From positions 181 through 64,180 of the forward strand of contig ASNI01000007.1 in the NCBI GenBank assembly GCA_000404785.1: 64,000 bases of DNA, written 5' to 3'. Within the stretch, counting starts at the first letter, position 1. Every line of letters starts with the position of its first letter. The notes below the pieces were generated by a model. That model was not told the origin of the DNA. It did no database searches and saw nothing but the letters and a program-made list of their open reading frames with translations. Shown in pieces: positions 27,701-37,949 of the stretch. The stretch is from Cloacimonetes bacterium SCGC AAA252-N17 (GTDB taxonomy: Bacteria; Cloacimonadota; Cloacimonadia; JGIOTU-2). The translations under genes were made by a program, and so were the position numbers.

Positions 27701-28717
27701 AGATCCCTTAAACAGTTCTGTTGAAAAATCATGGATCAGAAGTGTATCATTTTGCATCGAGACTTCTAACATGGTATTATTCAGTAAAATTTCTTCTGCC
27801 TGAATTGTGGGAATATGGACCTTTGCAACTATATTGGGTTGTGCTGGACTTCCGTCTAAACTTATTTCAGCAACCACACTTTGTATATGAGGTTTAAGCC
27901 TTGCGGGTAGTTGTTCTCCGAAGATGTTTAGATATTGCGAAGGATCGCCTTCAATTGTGAGATGTGCCTGAAATGTCGTGTCAGATTCAGTGAAATGAGC
28001 AGTTGCTTTTCCTGAGCAGCTTATACCTTTAGATGAAAATGAGACATTGGATACTTCAAGAAATTCTTCTTCATATGAACCTTCCACCAGGAATTTATCT
28101 ATATCATAAGTTTGCTCATCGTGAACTATCTCGCCGGTAAGGAATTGCATAAGAAAGTTATATTTGTTAATTGCTTCATCATTATGAATTGTCAACATGA
28201 ATCCCTGCAGCTTTATTTCTAATGGTATCGCCTGATCATCATAGGAAATCGAAGATTCTGTTATTTTTATGTTGCCAATAGCAATCTGCATTGGCTTTTT
28301 TGCCGGTTCTTTCTCAGAAGCAAACTCTGGTAAAAGAAAATTTCCTTCCTTATCTCGGATCAGATTGACATCAAGTCCTTGTATGAGAATATCTGAAATC
28401 GATAATTTATTTGATAAAAGACCAAAGATGTTATACTGTACTTTGATAGAAGCGATAGAAAGTGAGGACATCTCCGGCAACGAAGGATCATCAATACGTA
28501 TATTACGGATTTCCAAATGGGAAAGAACATTCGTATGTAATTCCTCAACTGATACAGTCATATTCAACGTTCCGGAGAGGTTCTTCTCAATAAGATCTCT
28601 TATAAATCCCTCTCCGATAGAGGAGCCTGCTATCAAAAAGAGGAGCACAAGCATGCATACAAGACATGCAAGTGTTATGAGGATTATCCGCACAATCTTT
28701 TTGAAAATTTTTCTCAT
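24704..28717 (-). CDS. tamB: TamB/AsmA-like translocation and assembly module protein
   Basis: The 1337-aa protein has an N-terminal anchor helix and a long repetitive beta-rich body. Its C-terminus, ...LSDHFYLQGQADQEGNAGIDMIYRVNFK, is DUF490-like. It is paired with the Omp85 gene. Confidence 0.8.
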   Translation of the reverse strand: MRKIFKKIVRIILITLACLVCMLVLLFLIAGSSIGEGFIRDLIEKNLSGTLNMTVSVEELHTNVLSHLEIRNIRIDDPSLPEMSSLSIASIKVQYNIFGLLSNKLSISDILIQGLDVNLIRDKEGNFLLPEFASEKEPAKKPMQIAIGNIKITESSISYDDQAIPLEIKLQGFMLTIHNDEAINKYNFLMQFLTGEIVHDEQTYDIDKFLVEGSYEEEFLEVSNVSFSSKGISCSGKATAHFTESDTTFQAHLTIEGDPSQYLNIFGEQLPARLKPHIQSVVAEISLDGSPAQPNIVAKVHIPTIQAEEILLNNTMLEVSMQNDTLLIHDFSTELFKGSLKAKGFISLDSIGIYDIETSFAQINISSFWEFLYLTDSQYAGRINGAVSASGSLSALLQSKVQGSIKSDNFKFKDKKINDLKTSFSYCNDQGEFTLTQGTSSISAQVAIQDSILSGKATIDIQEIEYLAGLFNLLEAKGKLYADADFTGRLSNPEIHAKVKGIGLSYRQFPVDSLYAEIQYADSSLLIKSSSFTGKIESLAPLTTAFMSEEVLGQAQYRGSISGTLEDFSGNFSLHADSVKYQNFFVPSFVLECTAKNSDISVNTLHIDTEKVRCEAKGSFSLSERSGNISIDFKKNDKHIKDHLGSIESSFSIAEDISLKANLKGLSLEMLGAFSDSLAGIQGSVSGNVSFEGTTEKPTGSIFLTIDKPAYKDLFIDNISLQGNLTPSEIILSSGVVQLFKNEIRIRGKLELDESKGGLAVSPQSTLQGEITLSEVQLSDFAREFLDAIQVKGTLTSTVQVSGTLAAPSVNGSLRIKNGFLQLDKHKSPIENLDAVMIFSDSIMNINECTGLYEGKTFSLTGSISESDWSSFSPDIALSINGMQAVCLKGTFQQEDLDIHISLDDFDIAFIETLTPAIMNAQGSVNASVNIQGTMSTPRFRGWVKADNIDILPTDIHVPLSKCSLNIYVTDEQVTLQKFQCMFDQGSIRSSGYVEYSNGTIKDIAFHFEAENIALTESKKYQFNVKSCTLDYSQQKNGYLIEGSVVMGKTKYLEDVQISKMLDSMSKPKILRKSSQLMMQTKLNVRISDSKDIWIDNNLARIRLKADVGVIGTLAQPNLTGRIETTEGYIVYLDRKFEITRGIIDFTDPNVINPILDIQAETDIKNYEQPNAEPYHIIFAVTGPADKATITLQSIPALDEANIFSLLTFGTTREQIFSQTPDKYNTSLKDILLERAEQYSSQKISGFVAGKISNIFDLDDVSIEGNLFNFGDSWGPQLVASKQLSKLMKVTYSTRVGYLNEQSIKLDYKLSDHFYLQGQADQEGNAGIDMIYRVNFK

Positions 28718-28733
28718 GAAACAGAAAAAAGTG

Positions 28734-29573
28734 TTAATCTTCCTTTTCAGGTTTGATTATGGGGAGCGAATCATTATCCTGCCGCTGATCTCCAAACCAG
28801 ACAACCCGCTGCGGAAAGGCAATTTCAATACCTTGCAGCTCGAGTGTCTTCTTTATTCTCCAAAGCATGCTGGTCTTAAGCGACCACCATTCACTGATTG
28901 GCGCCCAGATCTTCACATTCACATTCACTGCATTATCTCCAAGTTTATTCACCCACACCAGCGGTTCGGGATTTTTCAGCGCAAATGGCTCATTATATAT
29001 TAATTCCTTTATGATCGTAATAGCTTTATCCGCATCATCATTGTAGCGAATTCCCACATCATACTCAAACCTGCGGACGACGTTCGTGACATAGTTTGAG
29101 ATGTTTGCAGTAAAAACTTTTTCATTGGGAATTCTGACCTGGTAGCCGTCAAATGTGCGAATGGTTGTTGAAATGATCTTTATATCTTCGACAATTCCAA
29201 CAGTATCATTTAAGTTCACCGTATTTCCAATGCGGATCGGGCGTTCGATCATCAGAAAGACACCAGAAACTAAATTCCCAACAATGCTCTGGCTGGCAAA
29301 ACCGATTATGATACCCACAATACCACCAGCAACTAAGAGTCCGGACAATTTCAGACCGAGAATAGCTAAAGCCCAGATGATTCCGATGATTAAAATAACA
29401 TAGGATACAACTTTTACGAAAACTTCCATACTATCTTTAGATGCTTTGTTTTTCAAAGTACGGCGAATATATAAAGACAGTATCTTTGAAACGATAAATG
29501 ATATAATAAAAATTGAAAGAGCTATGATAAGTTGAAGAAGTGTTACTTTTCCCCAGATGATTGTATCAAGCAT
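28734..29573 (-). CDS. MscS-family mechanosensitive channel
   Basis: Three N-terminal TM helices are followed by the pore-helix region GFASQSIVGNLVSGVFLMIERPIRIGNTV. Confidence 0.9.
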   Translation of the reverse strand: MLDTIIWGKVTLLQLIIALSIFIISFIVSKILSLYIRRTLKNKASKDSMEVFVKVVSYVILIIGIIWALAILGLKLSGLLVAGGIVGIIIGFASQSIVGNLVSGVFLMIERPIRIGNTVNLNDTVGIVEDIKIISTTIRTFDGYQVRIPNEKVFTANISNYVTNVVRRFEYDVGIRYNDDADKAITIIKELIYNEPFALKNPEPLVWVNKLGDNAVNVNVKIWAPISEWWSLKTSMLWRIKKTLELQGIEIAFPQRVVWFGDQRQDNDSLPIIKPEKED

Positions 29574-30310
29574 TATATTCCTTCCATCATAACAAATTTT
29601 GTGGTAAGCATGGTTAATTTCCTGCTTTTATAGAGCTCCATGGCTTTCTTAAAACCCTTCTCTGAATGCGGCGTATAGCAGTCTGTCTCTGCAGATATTT
29701 CATTGATTACCTTCATTGTCGCAAACAACTGAACCAATCCAGCATTGTAATATAGTTTCATTCCAAAGGCATTAAGTACGAATTTTGATATAGTGTTCCA
29801 TGTCGAATCTGTATTCTTTATTGTGAGATGAATTACCCCTTTATGAAGAGGATCAACATCTGGGATTTCCGAATAAATTGGCGTTTTATGATACCGGGTA
29901 ACAACTCCGATACGAGGATCACCATACAGGCTATATTTGGCTGGAACCAGACTTATGTTATCAAACAATTCAAAATCCTGTTTCGTAAATATGAAAAACC
30001 CAATCTCAATGGGAAAAGTAGTATAAAAACTTACCTCCGCATGTGGGGCAATTGTGAGCTTTTTATCAAACTCCAACAAAAGGTAATTAGTAATATGTTT
30101 GGGGTGATTCAATGGTTCCACAGGATTAATAAGTATCCGCGATTTCTCAGACAAGATGATTTTTTCAAAAACCGGTTTATCAACAATCTTTCGTGAATAA
30201 ACAAAGCCGTAATCTGATTCAATAACATCTATTGAGAGTTCTTTTTCCTTTATGGAAAACGGAACATCATACATACCGTACATTATGTCTCCAATCGATC
30301 TCGTATTCAA
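29573..30310 (-). CDS. Conserved-looking hypothetical protein (family not recognised with confidence)
   Basis: The 245-aa soluble ORF has a stop that shares a base with the MscS ATG (29573). The start is uncertain because the track start is a TTG. Confidence 0.5.
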   Translation of the reverse strand: MNTRSIGDIMYGMYDVPFSIKEKELSIDVIESDYGFVYSRKIVDKPVFEKIILSEKSRILINPVEPLNHPKHITNYLLLEFDKKLTIAPHAEVSFYTTFPIEIGFFIFTKQDFELFDNISLVPAKYSLYGDPRIGVVTRYHKTPIYSEIPDVDPLHKGVIHLTIKNTDSTWNTISKFVLNAFGMKLYYNAGLVQLFATMKVINEISAETDCYTPHSEKGFKKAMELYKSRKLTMLTTKFVMMEGI

Positions 30311-30381
30311 CTTTAGGGATTTTTAATTTCTCTTTATGCAATGTCAATATTTCTCTAACACGTGCATCGCTATTGTATTAA

Positions 30382-31590
30382 TCAGGGACTCGGCACTTTG
30401 GTCGGAATCAGGGACTCAAGAAAAACAAGTTCTCCGTTTAGGATCTTAATCAGCGTCACACCTTTTTGCGGAATTCGTTGTCCGTTTAGATAACTCAACA
30501 TTCCGGTCACTCCTACAAAATCTCTTGTATCTGATATAGTCCTCAGAAGCTCCTCAGATTCCATGTTTGATGCTCTCAGATATATATTTGCAACAAGCAT
30601 AACCGCATCGTATCCAAGCGCTGCAAAGGAACTGCCTGGAAGTGTTCCGTATTTTTCCTTATATGCTGTGATATATCTTATAATTGGTTCTTGAGCAACC
30701 TCTTGATCATGTACCGGCGGAGCGGTGAAATAGATATTATCGGCATATTCTTCAACCATAAAATGTGTTGTATAATAGATATCCGTAACTTCTTTCCCTG
30801 TTGTTTCCATGAGTAAGGGAGTATCATAACTGTCTCCGCCAAAGATCGGCTGAGTGATACCTGCATCACGAAATTGTGCAATAATAGTACCCACATCATC
30901 AGGACCGGCAGATATGAAAAGCATTTCCGGCTGTGGATCGAGTGTTTTAGTCTCAGAGATAAATTCTGAATAATCTTTTGCTCCACCTTTGAAAAATGCT
31001 TCTTTTATGATCTTCCCGCCTAATTTTGAATATCGTTCTTTAAAATAGCTGGAAAGCAATTTTGTGAAATCCATGTCTTCATCGGTCAGCACATAGCATG
31101 AACTCAAACCAAGCCGTTCATATGCGTATTCTGCCAGAACTGTCGACTGCACGTTGTCACCAAAGCATGAGAGGAACAAGTAAACGGGAACCTGCTCCGG
31201 TAATTTGGGAGATGTCGCACCGGAAGTAATAAAGATCACATCATTTTGTGCTGCGATCGGAGCAGAAGCCAGCACCATATCAGTATCGCTAAAGCCGATA
31301 ATAACCGGAACCTTATCATCAAAAATGAGCTTATGGGTAGCTTCTTTTATCACTGAGGGATCAGATTTTCCATCATAAAGAATAAGTTTCAATTTTCTCC
31401 CGTAAATTCCGCCTTGTGCATTTATCAGTTCGACTGCAAGTTCGGCGCCTTTTGCAGAGGGTATATCAAGTGAGGATTGCGAACCTTCGAGATTGTATAT
31501 TGCGCCGATTTTATACTCCTGCTGCGCTCTATCACAGGACGCAAAAAGTAGTAATGTTAATATAAAAATACAAATGCAGAATTTCTTCAT
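30382..31590 (-). CDS. Lipoprotein, branched-chain/amino-acid type ABC substrate-binding protein (Peripla_BP_6-like)
   Basis: The start is moved to the ATG at 31590, preceded by GGAG. The lipobox is LLLFASC. The type-I periplasmic binding fold is suggested by KIGAIYNLEGSQS...AELAVELINAQGGI. No permease or ATPase genes are adjacent. Confidence 0.75.
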   Translation of the reverse strand: MKKFCICIFILTLLLFASCDRAQQEYKIGAIYNLEGSQSSLDIPSAKGAELAVELINAQGGIYGRKLKLILYDGKSDPSVIKEATHKLIFDDKVPVIIGFSDTDMVLASAPIAAQNDVIFITSGATSPKLPEQVPVYLFLSCFGDNVQSTVLAEYAYERLGLSSCYVLTDEDMDFTKLLSSYFKERYSKLGGKIIKEAFFKGGAKDYSEFISETKTLDPQPEMLFISAGPDDVGTIIAQFRDAGITQPIFGGDSYDTPLLMETTGKEVTDIYYTTHFMVEEYADNIYFTAPPVHDQEVAQEPIIRYITAYKEKYGTLPGSSFAALGYDAVMLVANIYLRASNMESEELLRTISDTRDFVGVTGMLSYLNGQRIPQKGVTLIKILNGELVFLESLIPTKVPSP

Positions 31591-31643
31591 GGTAATCTCC
31601 ATATCACTAATGAAATGAAACTGGTTAATATGGTATTATACTG

Positions 31644-33185
31644 TCAATTAATATGAAAAGAGGATTGTGTCTGGTTTTGAATAACACTCTTTTTATCCAG
31701 CAACCATCTGCTCATTCTATTTATCTCCCTTATCCTACCTGCTTTATAACTTTCATATTCATAGTCGGAATAGAAAAATCGCCTTAGGATATTCATCGCT
31801 GACTTGGGCAGTTCATTCACTATCAAGCTTAAGAGATGAAAGGGATAATGAAATTTTACGAGATTGTGTTTCAATGACCGCAGATCGTTAATTTTCCCAT
31901 ACATATTATTTTTTAGGAAATTCAAATCTTCGGAAGAAAGATAGTGGGTACGAATATTAGCATGTGAGAGATCGTAAAAGCAAAAATCGTCGGGATTGGT
32001 CAACAATCCTTCAGCAATAATTTTCTCTCTTACTCCTGTTTTAAGAAATGGGGTCAGCAGCATAAAAAGAGGCATATCGATCCTGTTTTCTTTTGCAAAA
32101 TCGAGATGATCCCACAAAATTTCCTGCGTGTCTTCAGGATTTCCAAGAATGAATCCTCCAACCACAATGAGCTTGTTTTTGCGAAGCAGATCTATTGCAG
32201 TGGAAGTCTGATCGAGCACACACCTGTCTTTAGAAAGGAACTCTACATTTGATTTTTTGATATTCTCGATTCCAAGAAACACTATTTTGAATCCTGCCCG
32301 TGCCATTAGTTCGATAAGTTTTGGATCACGTGCAACGCCTGCCACGCTTGCCTGAATGGTATAATGTATATTATGCAACCCATTTTTGAGGATCTGCTCA
32401 CACAATTCTTCAAGATGGGTAGGATTCACAAAAATATTATCATCAATAAAAAAAATCGCCTTTGCTCCAATTTGCGAAGCTCGTTTAATATCTTCAATAA
32501 CTCTCTCAACCGAATACTTGCGGAAGGTTCTTCCATACATCTGTGGCATACAGCAGAAATCACATTGCATAGTACATCCCCGTGATGCTTCAACCACATC
32601 AGCCCTTTTGCCGAAGATAGAGTAATGTTTTGTAATTCTTGATAGGCGATCAGGCAATTTTATCTCTTCAAGATCAAGAATGGGCTGACTTTCATTATGC
32701 ACAAAACGACCATTTACTTTATGTGATAGATTTGGAATTTCTACAACATCATCGTTACAGGAAAGTGCTTTTATCAGCTTGTTAAACGCTACTTCTCCCT
32801 CACCTCGAACAAGATAATCAATATATTTTTTTTCCTTAGATTCTGAGATAAGCTCATAAGCGAGTGTAGGGTGGTATCCACCAAAAATAGTGACAATATT
32901 GCTATCTAATTGCTTAATCAGTTCAGCAATTTTGGTTGCTGTTTCATATTGAAAACTCATGCAGGTCATTCCCACTATATGAGGTTGAAATCGTTTAATT
33001 AAAGTACGAATATACTTCTTAAGATTGTGCTGCACCATCAGGAGGTCTGCAATTACTACTTTTTCCACATATGCTGCGTCCAGATTCCCTGATAAAGATG
33101 AAAGCCCCAGCGAAGGAACACGCATCCCTTTATAAAATCCCACTGTGTAGTTGGGCATAGAGAGAAGCAAAATCCTCTTTTTCAT
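31644..33185 (-). CDS. B12-binding-domain radical SAM protein (class B)
   Basis: An N-terminal cobalamin-binding-like Rossmann domain is followed by the radical SAM cluster motif CTMQCDFC (CxxxCxxC). Confidence 0.9.
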   Translation of the reverse strand: MKKRILLLSMPNYTVGFYKGMRVPSLGLSSLSGNLDAAYVEKVVIADLLMVQHNLKKYIRTLIKRFQPHIVGMTCMSFQYETATKIAELIKQLDSNIVTIFGGYHPTLAYELISESKEKKYIDYLVRGEGEVAFNKLIKALSCNDDVVEIPNLSHKVNGRFVHNESQPILDLEEIKLPDRLSRITKHYSIFGKRADVVEASRGCTMQCDFCCMPQMYGRTFRKYSVERVIEDIKRASQIGAKAIFFIDDNIFVNPTHLEELCEQILKNGLHNIHYTIQASVAGVARDPKLIELMARAGFKIVFLGIENIKKSNVEFLSKDRCVLDQTSTAIDLLRKNKLIVVGGFILGNPEDTQEILWDHLDFAKENRIDMPLFMLLTPFLKTGVREKIIAEGLLTNPDDFCFYDLSHANIRTHYLSSEDLNFLKNNMYGKINDLRSLKHNLVKFHYPFHLLSLIVNELPKSAMNILRRFFYSDYEYESYKAGRIREINRMSRWLLDKKSVIQNQTQSSFHIN

Positions 33186-33253
33186 ATTGATCCAGTTCAG
33201 TTGAAAAATTATTTATATAACATTTTTTTGACAACTTTTTCATATTATTTTTT

Positions 33254-33727
33254 TTGGATTTTATCATGAAATCTAAACCAAAATTCGCAATTGATAAAAT
33301 GCTTGGAAGAGTTGCAAAGTGGCTCCGCCTTCTGGGTTATGATACTTTTTATAGAAATAAAATACGACTGGTAACTCTTCTTAGCGTTGCTCAGAGCGAG
33401 GATCGTATTATTATCACAAAGAATCACTATTTTCTTAAACATCCATTTCCTGTACCGATCATTTTCCTGCGGGCAGATACTCTGAAGCAGCAGCTTCTCG
33501 CTATCAATGAAAAGTATCCTCTTCAAATGAAAAAGGCATTCTCCCGATGCCCCCTTTGTAATAATGCAACTACTCCTATAGAAAAGGAATATGTGAAGAG
33601 ACTTGTGCCGGAGTATGTATTTTCTACACAGGAACACTTCTACCAATGCATACATTGCGGAAAAATATACTGGAATGGCACTCATCTTCAAAGAGCACTT
33701 GCATTCCTCGAAAAAATCGGGCTGTAA
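33254..33727 (+). CDS. Mut7-C (PIN-like) RNase domain protein with a C-terminal zinc ribbon
   Basis: The N-terminus FAIDKMLGRVAKWLRLLGYDT is characteristic. The cysteine pairs CPLCN and CIHCGKIYWNGTH form the zinc ribbon. Confidence 0.8.
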   Translation: MDFIMKSKPKFAIDKMLGRVAKWLRLLGYDTFYRNKIRLVTLLSVAQSEDRIIITKNHYFLKHPFPVPIIFLRADTLKQQLLAINEKYPLQMKKAFSRCPLCNNATTPIEKEYVKRLVPEYVFSTQEHFYQCIHCGKIYWNGTHLQRALAFLEKIGL

Positions 33728-33827
33728 AAATGATATACAATAAAAGGAGCTTTATAAAATTTGACACTGCAAAGTGGGGTCATAAATTGTGTAACAAATC
33801 AAAATGTAATAAACGGAGTTCATATAA

Positions 33828-34055
33828 ATGAAAAAAGATATTCATCCAAAGTATCAAAAATGTGTGGTGAAATGCGCCTGCGGAAATACCTTTGAGACCA
33901 GAGATACTATACCGGAAATCCACGTGGAAATCTGCTCGGAATGCCATCCTTTTTATACAGGTAAAAAGAAATTAGTGGATAGCGCAGGACGTATCGAAAA
34001 ATTCAGAAAAAAATACAGCAAATTCCAGACAAAAAAAGAAGAAAAAGAGCAATAG
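33828..34055 (+). CDS. rpmE: 50S ribosomal protein L31 (Zn-binding type)
   Basis: The sequence reads [10 protein letters not shown]...CACGN...[11 protein letters not shown]. Confidence 0.95.
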   Translation: MKKDIHPKYQKCVVKCACGNTFETRDTIPEIHVEICSECHPFYTGKKKLVDSAGRIEKFRKKYSKFQTKKEEKEQ

Positions 34056-34139
34056 CATATTTCAAAGGGGAGTTTTACCCACCTTGAACCCATCAAAATT
34101 AAAGACTCAATAGGATACTTTTACCAAAAATTTTAGCTT

Positions 34140-35114
34140 ATGAAAAATAAACCGGAAATAGCTGTAGGCGGTCAGGCAGTTATTGAGGGCGTCATGATGC
34201 GCGGTCCTCAATACATTGCTACTGCTCTGCGTAAAAAGGACGGACATATCGTCCTGAAAAAACAAGAGTTCATATCCAAAACAAAGACAAATAAATTTTT
34301 AGGTTTACCCATTATTCGTGGGTTTGTCTCACTCATCGAAATGCTCTCTATCGGCATCAAAACGCTTAACTTTTCTGCTGAAGAAGCAATCAAAGATGAG
34401 GAAGAGGACAAGCCAAATAAGAAGAAAAAGAATGCCTTCCTTGATAAACTCTATACAGCATTCTCCTACATTTTTGCCTTCGGACTCGCCTTTCTCCTTT
34501 TCGTGTTCCTTCCCTACCGCATTGCCTACTGGATAAATATTGAGAAAACAAGCATCCTCTTCAATCTGATCGCCGGATGCATCAGAATAGTTTTCTTTGT
34601 AGTGTATATTTATCTCATCAGTTTCCTCAAGGATGTTCGTCGATTATTCCAATATCACGGTGCAGAACATAAATCTGTATTTGCTTATGAGGGGAATCCA
34701 GATTTCACTCTTGAGGATACAAAAAAGTATAGAACCTTCCATCCCCGCTGCGGAACAAGCTTTATGCTGATCGTACTGGTCATAGCAATACTTGTATTCT
34801 CGATTTTTGACACGATCCTTGCACTTATTCTTGGTCATGCAATACCTCTTGGCATCAGAATACTTCTGCATTTTTTACTCCTACCCTTTGTTTCGGGAAT
34901 TTCATATGAAATCCTGAGATATTCAGGCAAAAATATCAATCACTGGCTGGTTAGAACATTTTCTGCTCCAGGTCTGGCTTTGCAGAGAATTACTACTCAG
35001 GAACCGGACAATCAGCAGCTTGAGGTCGCGATCTGTGCATTGCACGCAGCACTTAATTTACCAATAACAGACCCAAATGTTGAAATTTTGAACGATGACG
35101 AATCTTCTGAATAA
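34140..35114 (+). CDS. DUF1385 membrane protein
   Basis: Motifs [13 protein letters not shown] and YHGAEHK are present. Its position directly upstream of prfA is typical of the family. Confidence 0.85.
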   Translation: MKNKPEIAVGGQAVIEGVMMRGPQYIATALRKKDGHIVLKKQEFISKTKTNKFLGLPIIRGFVSLIEMLSIGIKTLNFSAEEAIKDEEEDKPNKKKKNAFLDKLYTAFSYIFAFGLAFLLFVFLPYRIAYWINIEKTSILFNLIAGCIRIVFFVVYIYLISFLKDVRRLFQYHGAEHKSVFAYEGNPDFTLEDTKKYRTFHPRCGTSFMLIVLVIAILVFSIFDTILALILGHAIPLGIRILLHFLLLPFVSGISYEILRYSGKNINHWLVRTFSAPGLALQRITTQEPDNQQLEVAICALHAALNLPITDPNVEILNDDESSE

Positions 35115-36168
35115 AGTAACCGAGCTCCAGCAGGAATATTCCAAACTGGAAAAACAACTATCCGATCCTGAAATCATTACCCATCTTGATCGATATAAGA
35201 AAATTTCTGCTCGCTACAAAGAGATTTCCGAAATATTACGGTGTGCAGAAGAGCTTCAAAAAAACATCGAAACTCTGGAAGAGAACAAAGAATCACTGAA
35301 GCATGAAGATGAAGAGGAGCTTGTTCTTCTCATAGAAGAAGAGAATGCAAATCTGGAAAGTAATGTTCAAAATTTTTCACACAGACTGAAAACTCTTCTT
35401 ATCCCAAAAGATGAAAATGATGTGAAAAATGCTATCATGGAAATCCGGGCAGGTACTGGCGGAGAGGAAGCAGCTCTTTTTGCCGCCGACCTATACAGGA
35501 TGTACACTCATTTTATCGAGAACAAAGGATGGAAGATCGACATCATGAATTCCAATCCCACAGGCATGGGTGGATTGAAAGAAATTTCCTTTGAAGTTCA
35601 AGGCAAGAATGCTTACGGCACTTTAAAATTTGAAAGCGGAGTGCATCGAGTCCAGCGTGTACCTGAAACAGAATCCTCTGGAAGAATACACACATCTGCT
35701 GCTTCTGTGGTTGTATTGCCAGAGGCGGAAGAAATCGATTTTGATATTGATGAAAATGATTTGAAGATCGATGTGTACCGCTCATCCGGTCCCGGTGGGC
35801 AAAGTGTAAATACGACAGATTCAGCAGTAAGGATCACCCATGTTCCCACCGGTACAGTTGTAACCTGCCAGGATGAGAAATCACAACTGAAAAATAAGAA
35901 CAAAGCGATGAAAGTACTCCGTTCTCGGTTGCTTGACCTCGAGATACAAAAACAGCAGCAGTCAATAGCCAGGCAGCGCAGATCAATGGTCGGAACAGGT
36001 GACAGAAGTGCTAAAATTCGCACCTATAATTACCCTCAATCACGCATTACTGATCATAGGATCAACTACACTTCACATAATTTAGAATCATTTATGGATG
36101 GAAATATTGACGAACTCATCGACGATCTGCATATTGCCATGCAGGAAGAGATGTTATGCAATGAATAA
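35095..36168 (+). CDS. prfA: Peptide chain release factor 1
   Basis: The GGQ motif occurs in [20 protein letters not shown]. The RF1-type tripeptide region is [14 protein letters not shown]. Confidence 0.95.
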   Translation: MTNLLNKVTELQQEYSKLEKQLSDPEIITHLDRYKKISARYKEISEILRCAEELQKNIETLEENKESLKHEDEEELVLLIEEENANLESNVQNFSHRLKTLLIPKDENDVKNAIMEIRAGTGGEEAALFAADLYRMYTHFIENKGWKIDIMNSNPTGMGGLKEISFEVQGKNAYGTLKFESGVHRVQRVPETESSGRIHTSAASVVVLPEAEEIDFDIDENDLKIDVYRSSGPGGQSVNTTDSAVRITHVPTGTVVTCQDEKSQLKNKNKAMKVLRSRLLDLEIQKQQQSIARQRRSMVGTGDRSAKIRTYNYPQSRITDHRINYTSHNLESFMDGNIDELIDDLHIAMQEEMLCNE

Positions 36169-36191
36169 CATCATTCTTGAATAGAACATAA

Positions 36192-37433
36192 ATGATAAGC
36201 ATTATTATTATTGCAATATTTTTTGTTGGATCTGCCTTTTTTTCCGGCAGTGAAATCGGTCTTGTATCACTAGACAAGCATCGGTTGAAACACGAATCTG
36301 CAAAGAACAAAAGCAAAAAACGGCTCTACGATTTCATAACAAACCCTGATAATGTACTGGGAACTACCCTTATTGGTAATAATATATCTTTGATCATTGT
36401 TTCATCTGTCTTCACTGCCTTCATGATCAAATTGGATGTTATATCTGAAACCCTTGCAGCATTGCTTCTTGCCGGTGTACTTCTGATATTCGCTGAGATC
36501 ATTCCCAAAATACTGATCAGAAATACCTGCAATACTACAATCCCAAGTTTTTTCTTTCTGATACGATTCTTCTCATTCTTATTTCATCCGATGATCTGGG
36601 TGCTGAGCAAGATCAATAATTCATTTTTTAGACTATTTAAGATCGATAAGAAAAGCAGTACTCACCTTTTTACAAAGGATGATCTTTCCTATCTTCTTGG
36701 GGAAGCTGAGAAGGATGGTCAGGTCAAAAAAGATGAATATGAACTTATTGAAGAAGTGCTGGACTTCCGCGATCTTACAGTGAAAAATATTATGATCCCC
36801 CGAACCAACATTGTCGGAGTCAAAGCAGATACACCTATCCGGGAAGTTATCAATTTAATGAAGGAAGTTGGATTTACCCGTTTCCCGGTTTATTCAGTGG
36901 ATATCGATCATATCGACGGCATGCTTATCATTCATGACCTGCTTGAACTTGAAGACCTTTCTTTACCTGCAAAGAATTTTATCAGGGATGCTTACTTTGT
37001 GCCTGAGATCATGAAAGCAACTACACTACTCAAAAAGATGCAACAGAATAAAACCCCTATCGCAGTTGTGGTGGATGAATACGGCGGCACTGCCGGCATT
37101 ATTTCTGTGGAAGACCTCCTCGAAGAGCTTGTTGGTGAGATCGAGGACGAATATGACGCCCAGGAAAATGACATCAACAAGGTGAATGAAACAACCTTTA
37201 TCGTTGACGGTGAGGTTGAGATCGAGCGCTTAATTGAAGATTATAATATCGATCTTTATGAAGGTGATTATGAGACCCTTGCAGGTATGCTTATTGAAAA
37301 GTTTGAGCGAATTCCACGCTACAATGAAACATTAATAATTAAGAATTATGAGTTTACGATAAAGCAAGTTACTGCAAAAAAGATTGAGAAAGTAATGATA
37401 AAAATCCTTCCTCTACAGGAAGAATCCGACTAA
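36192..37433 (+). CDS. CNNM/hemolysin-family protein (DUF21, CBS pair, CorC_HlyC)
   Basis: Four N-terminal TM helices are followed by a CBS pair around IMIPRTNIV and a C-terminal transporter-associated domain. Confidence 0.9.
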   Translation: MISIIIIAIFFVGSAFFSGSEIGLVSLDKHRLKHESAKNKSKKRLYDFITNPDNVLGTTLIGNNISLIIVSSVFTAFMIKLDVISETLAALLLAGVLLIFAEIIPKILIRNTCNTTIPSFFFLIRFFSFLFHPMIWVLSKINNSFFRLFKIDKKSSTHLFTKDDLSYLLGEAEKDGQVKKDEYELIEEVLDFRDLTVKNIMIPRTNIVGVKADTPIREVINLMKEVGFTRFPVYSVDIDHIDGMLIIHDLLELEDLSLPAKNFIRDAYFVPEIMKATTLLKKMQQNKTPIAVVVDEYGGTAGIISVEDLLEELVGEIEDEYDAQENDINKVNETTFIVDGEVEIERLIEDYNIDLYEGDYETLAGMLIEKFERIPRYNETLIIKNYEFTIKQVTAKKIEKVMIKILPLQEESD

Positions 37434-37669
37434 CTTTCTTCTCCTCCTGAACAATCTTCAGAAACTTCTTTCTTCTTTTTGAAATTCAAACCATACTTCT
37501 TTTTTAACTTATCGAAAAGTTCATTCAGTCGCTTGTTATCGATCAATCCCAACCCTGCTAAGATCAAGAGGATTCCCTGCAAAAAGGGAGTAAATAATCC
37601 TATGATACCGAGACCAAGAAGTGTATAGCCGGCAATCTTCTTAAACGGGGTTTTGGCTTTCACACTCAA
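37430..37669 (-). CDS. Small two-TM membrane protein
   Basis: The 79-aa ORF has two hydrophobic helices. Its start overlaps the NifU-like gene stop by 4 nt. Confidence 0.5.
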   Translation of the reverse strand: MSVKAKTPFKKIAGYTLLGLGIIGLFTPFLQGILLILAGLGLIDNKRLNELFDKLKKKYGLNFKKKKEVSEDCSGGEES

Positions 37670-37893
37670 ACCGCTGTAACCTTTTTCACTTCAGGAATTT
37701 TATCTTTGAGCTGCTTTTCAATGCTGTACTTTAGCGTCATCTGCGAAAAAGGACATCCCCTGCACGAACCTTGAAGTTCGACCTTGACCTCTCCATCCTC
37801 AGAAACATCTATTAATTTTACATCGCCGCCATCGCCTTTCAGCGCGGGACGAATTTTCTCTAATTCCTTTGATACCTTTTCTTTCAATTCCAT
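37666..37893 (-). CDS. NifU-like (Nfu-type) Fe-S cluster domain protein
   Basis: The sequence reads GGDVKLIDVSEDGEVKVELQGSCRGCPFSQMTLK, which contains the CxxC motif. Confidence 0.85.
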   Translation of the reverse strand: MELKEKVSKELEKIRPALKGDGGDVKLIDVSEDGEVKVELQGSCRGCPFSQMTLKYSIEKQLKDKIPEVKKVTAV

Positions 37894-37949
37894 ATTATCC
37901 TCAGCAATTTTTTTATATATAACCTACACGTTTTTTCAAAATGTCCACT

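Noticed and set aside
35640-35700. RF1 codon-recognition tripeptide reads PET rather than the textbook PAT/PVT
   Set aside because: The middle residue of PxT is variable among bacteria as far as I recall. This gives no basis for claiming altered stop-codon recognition.
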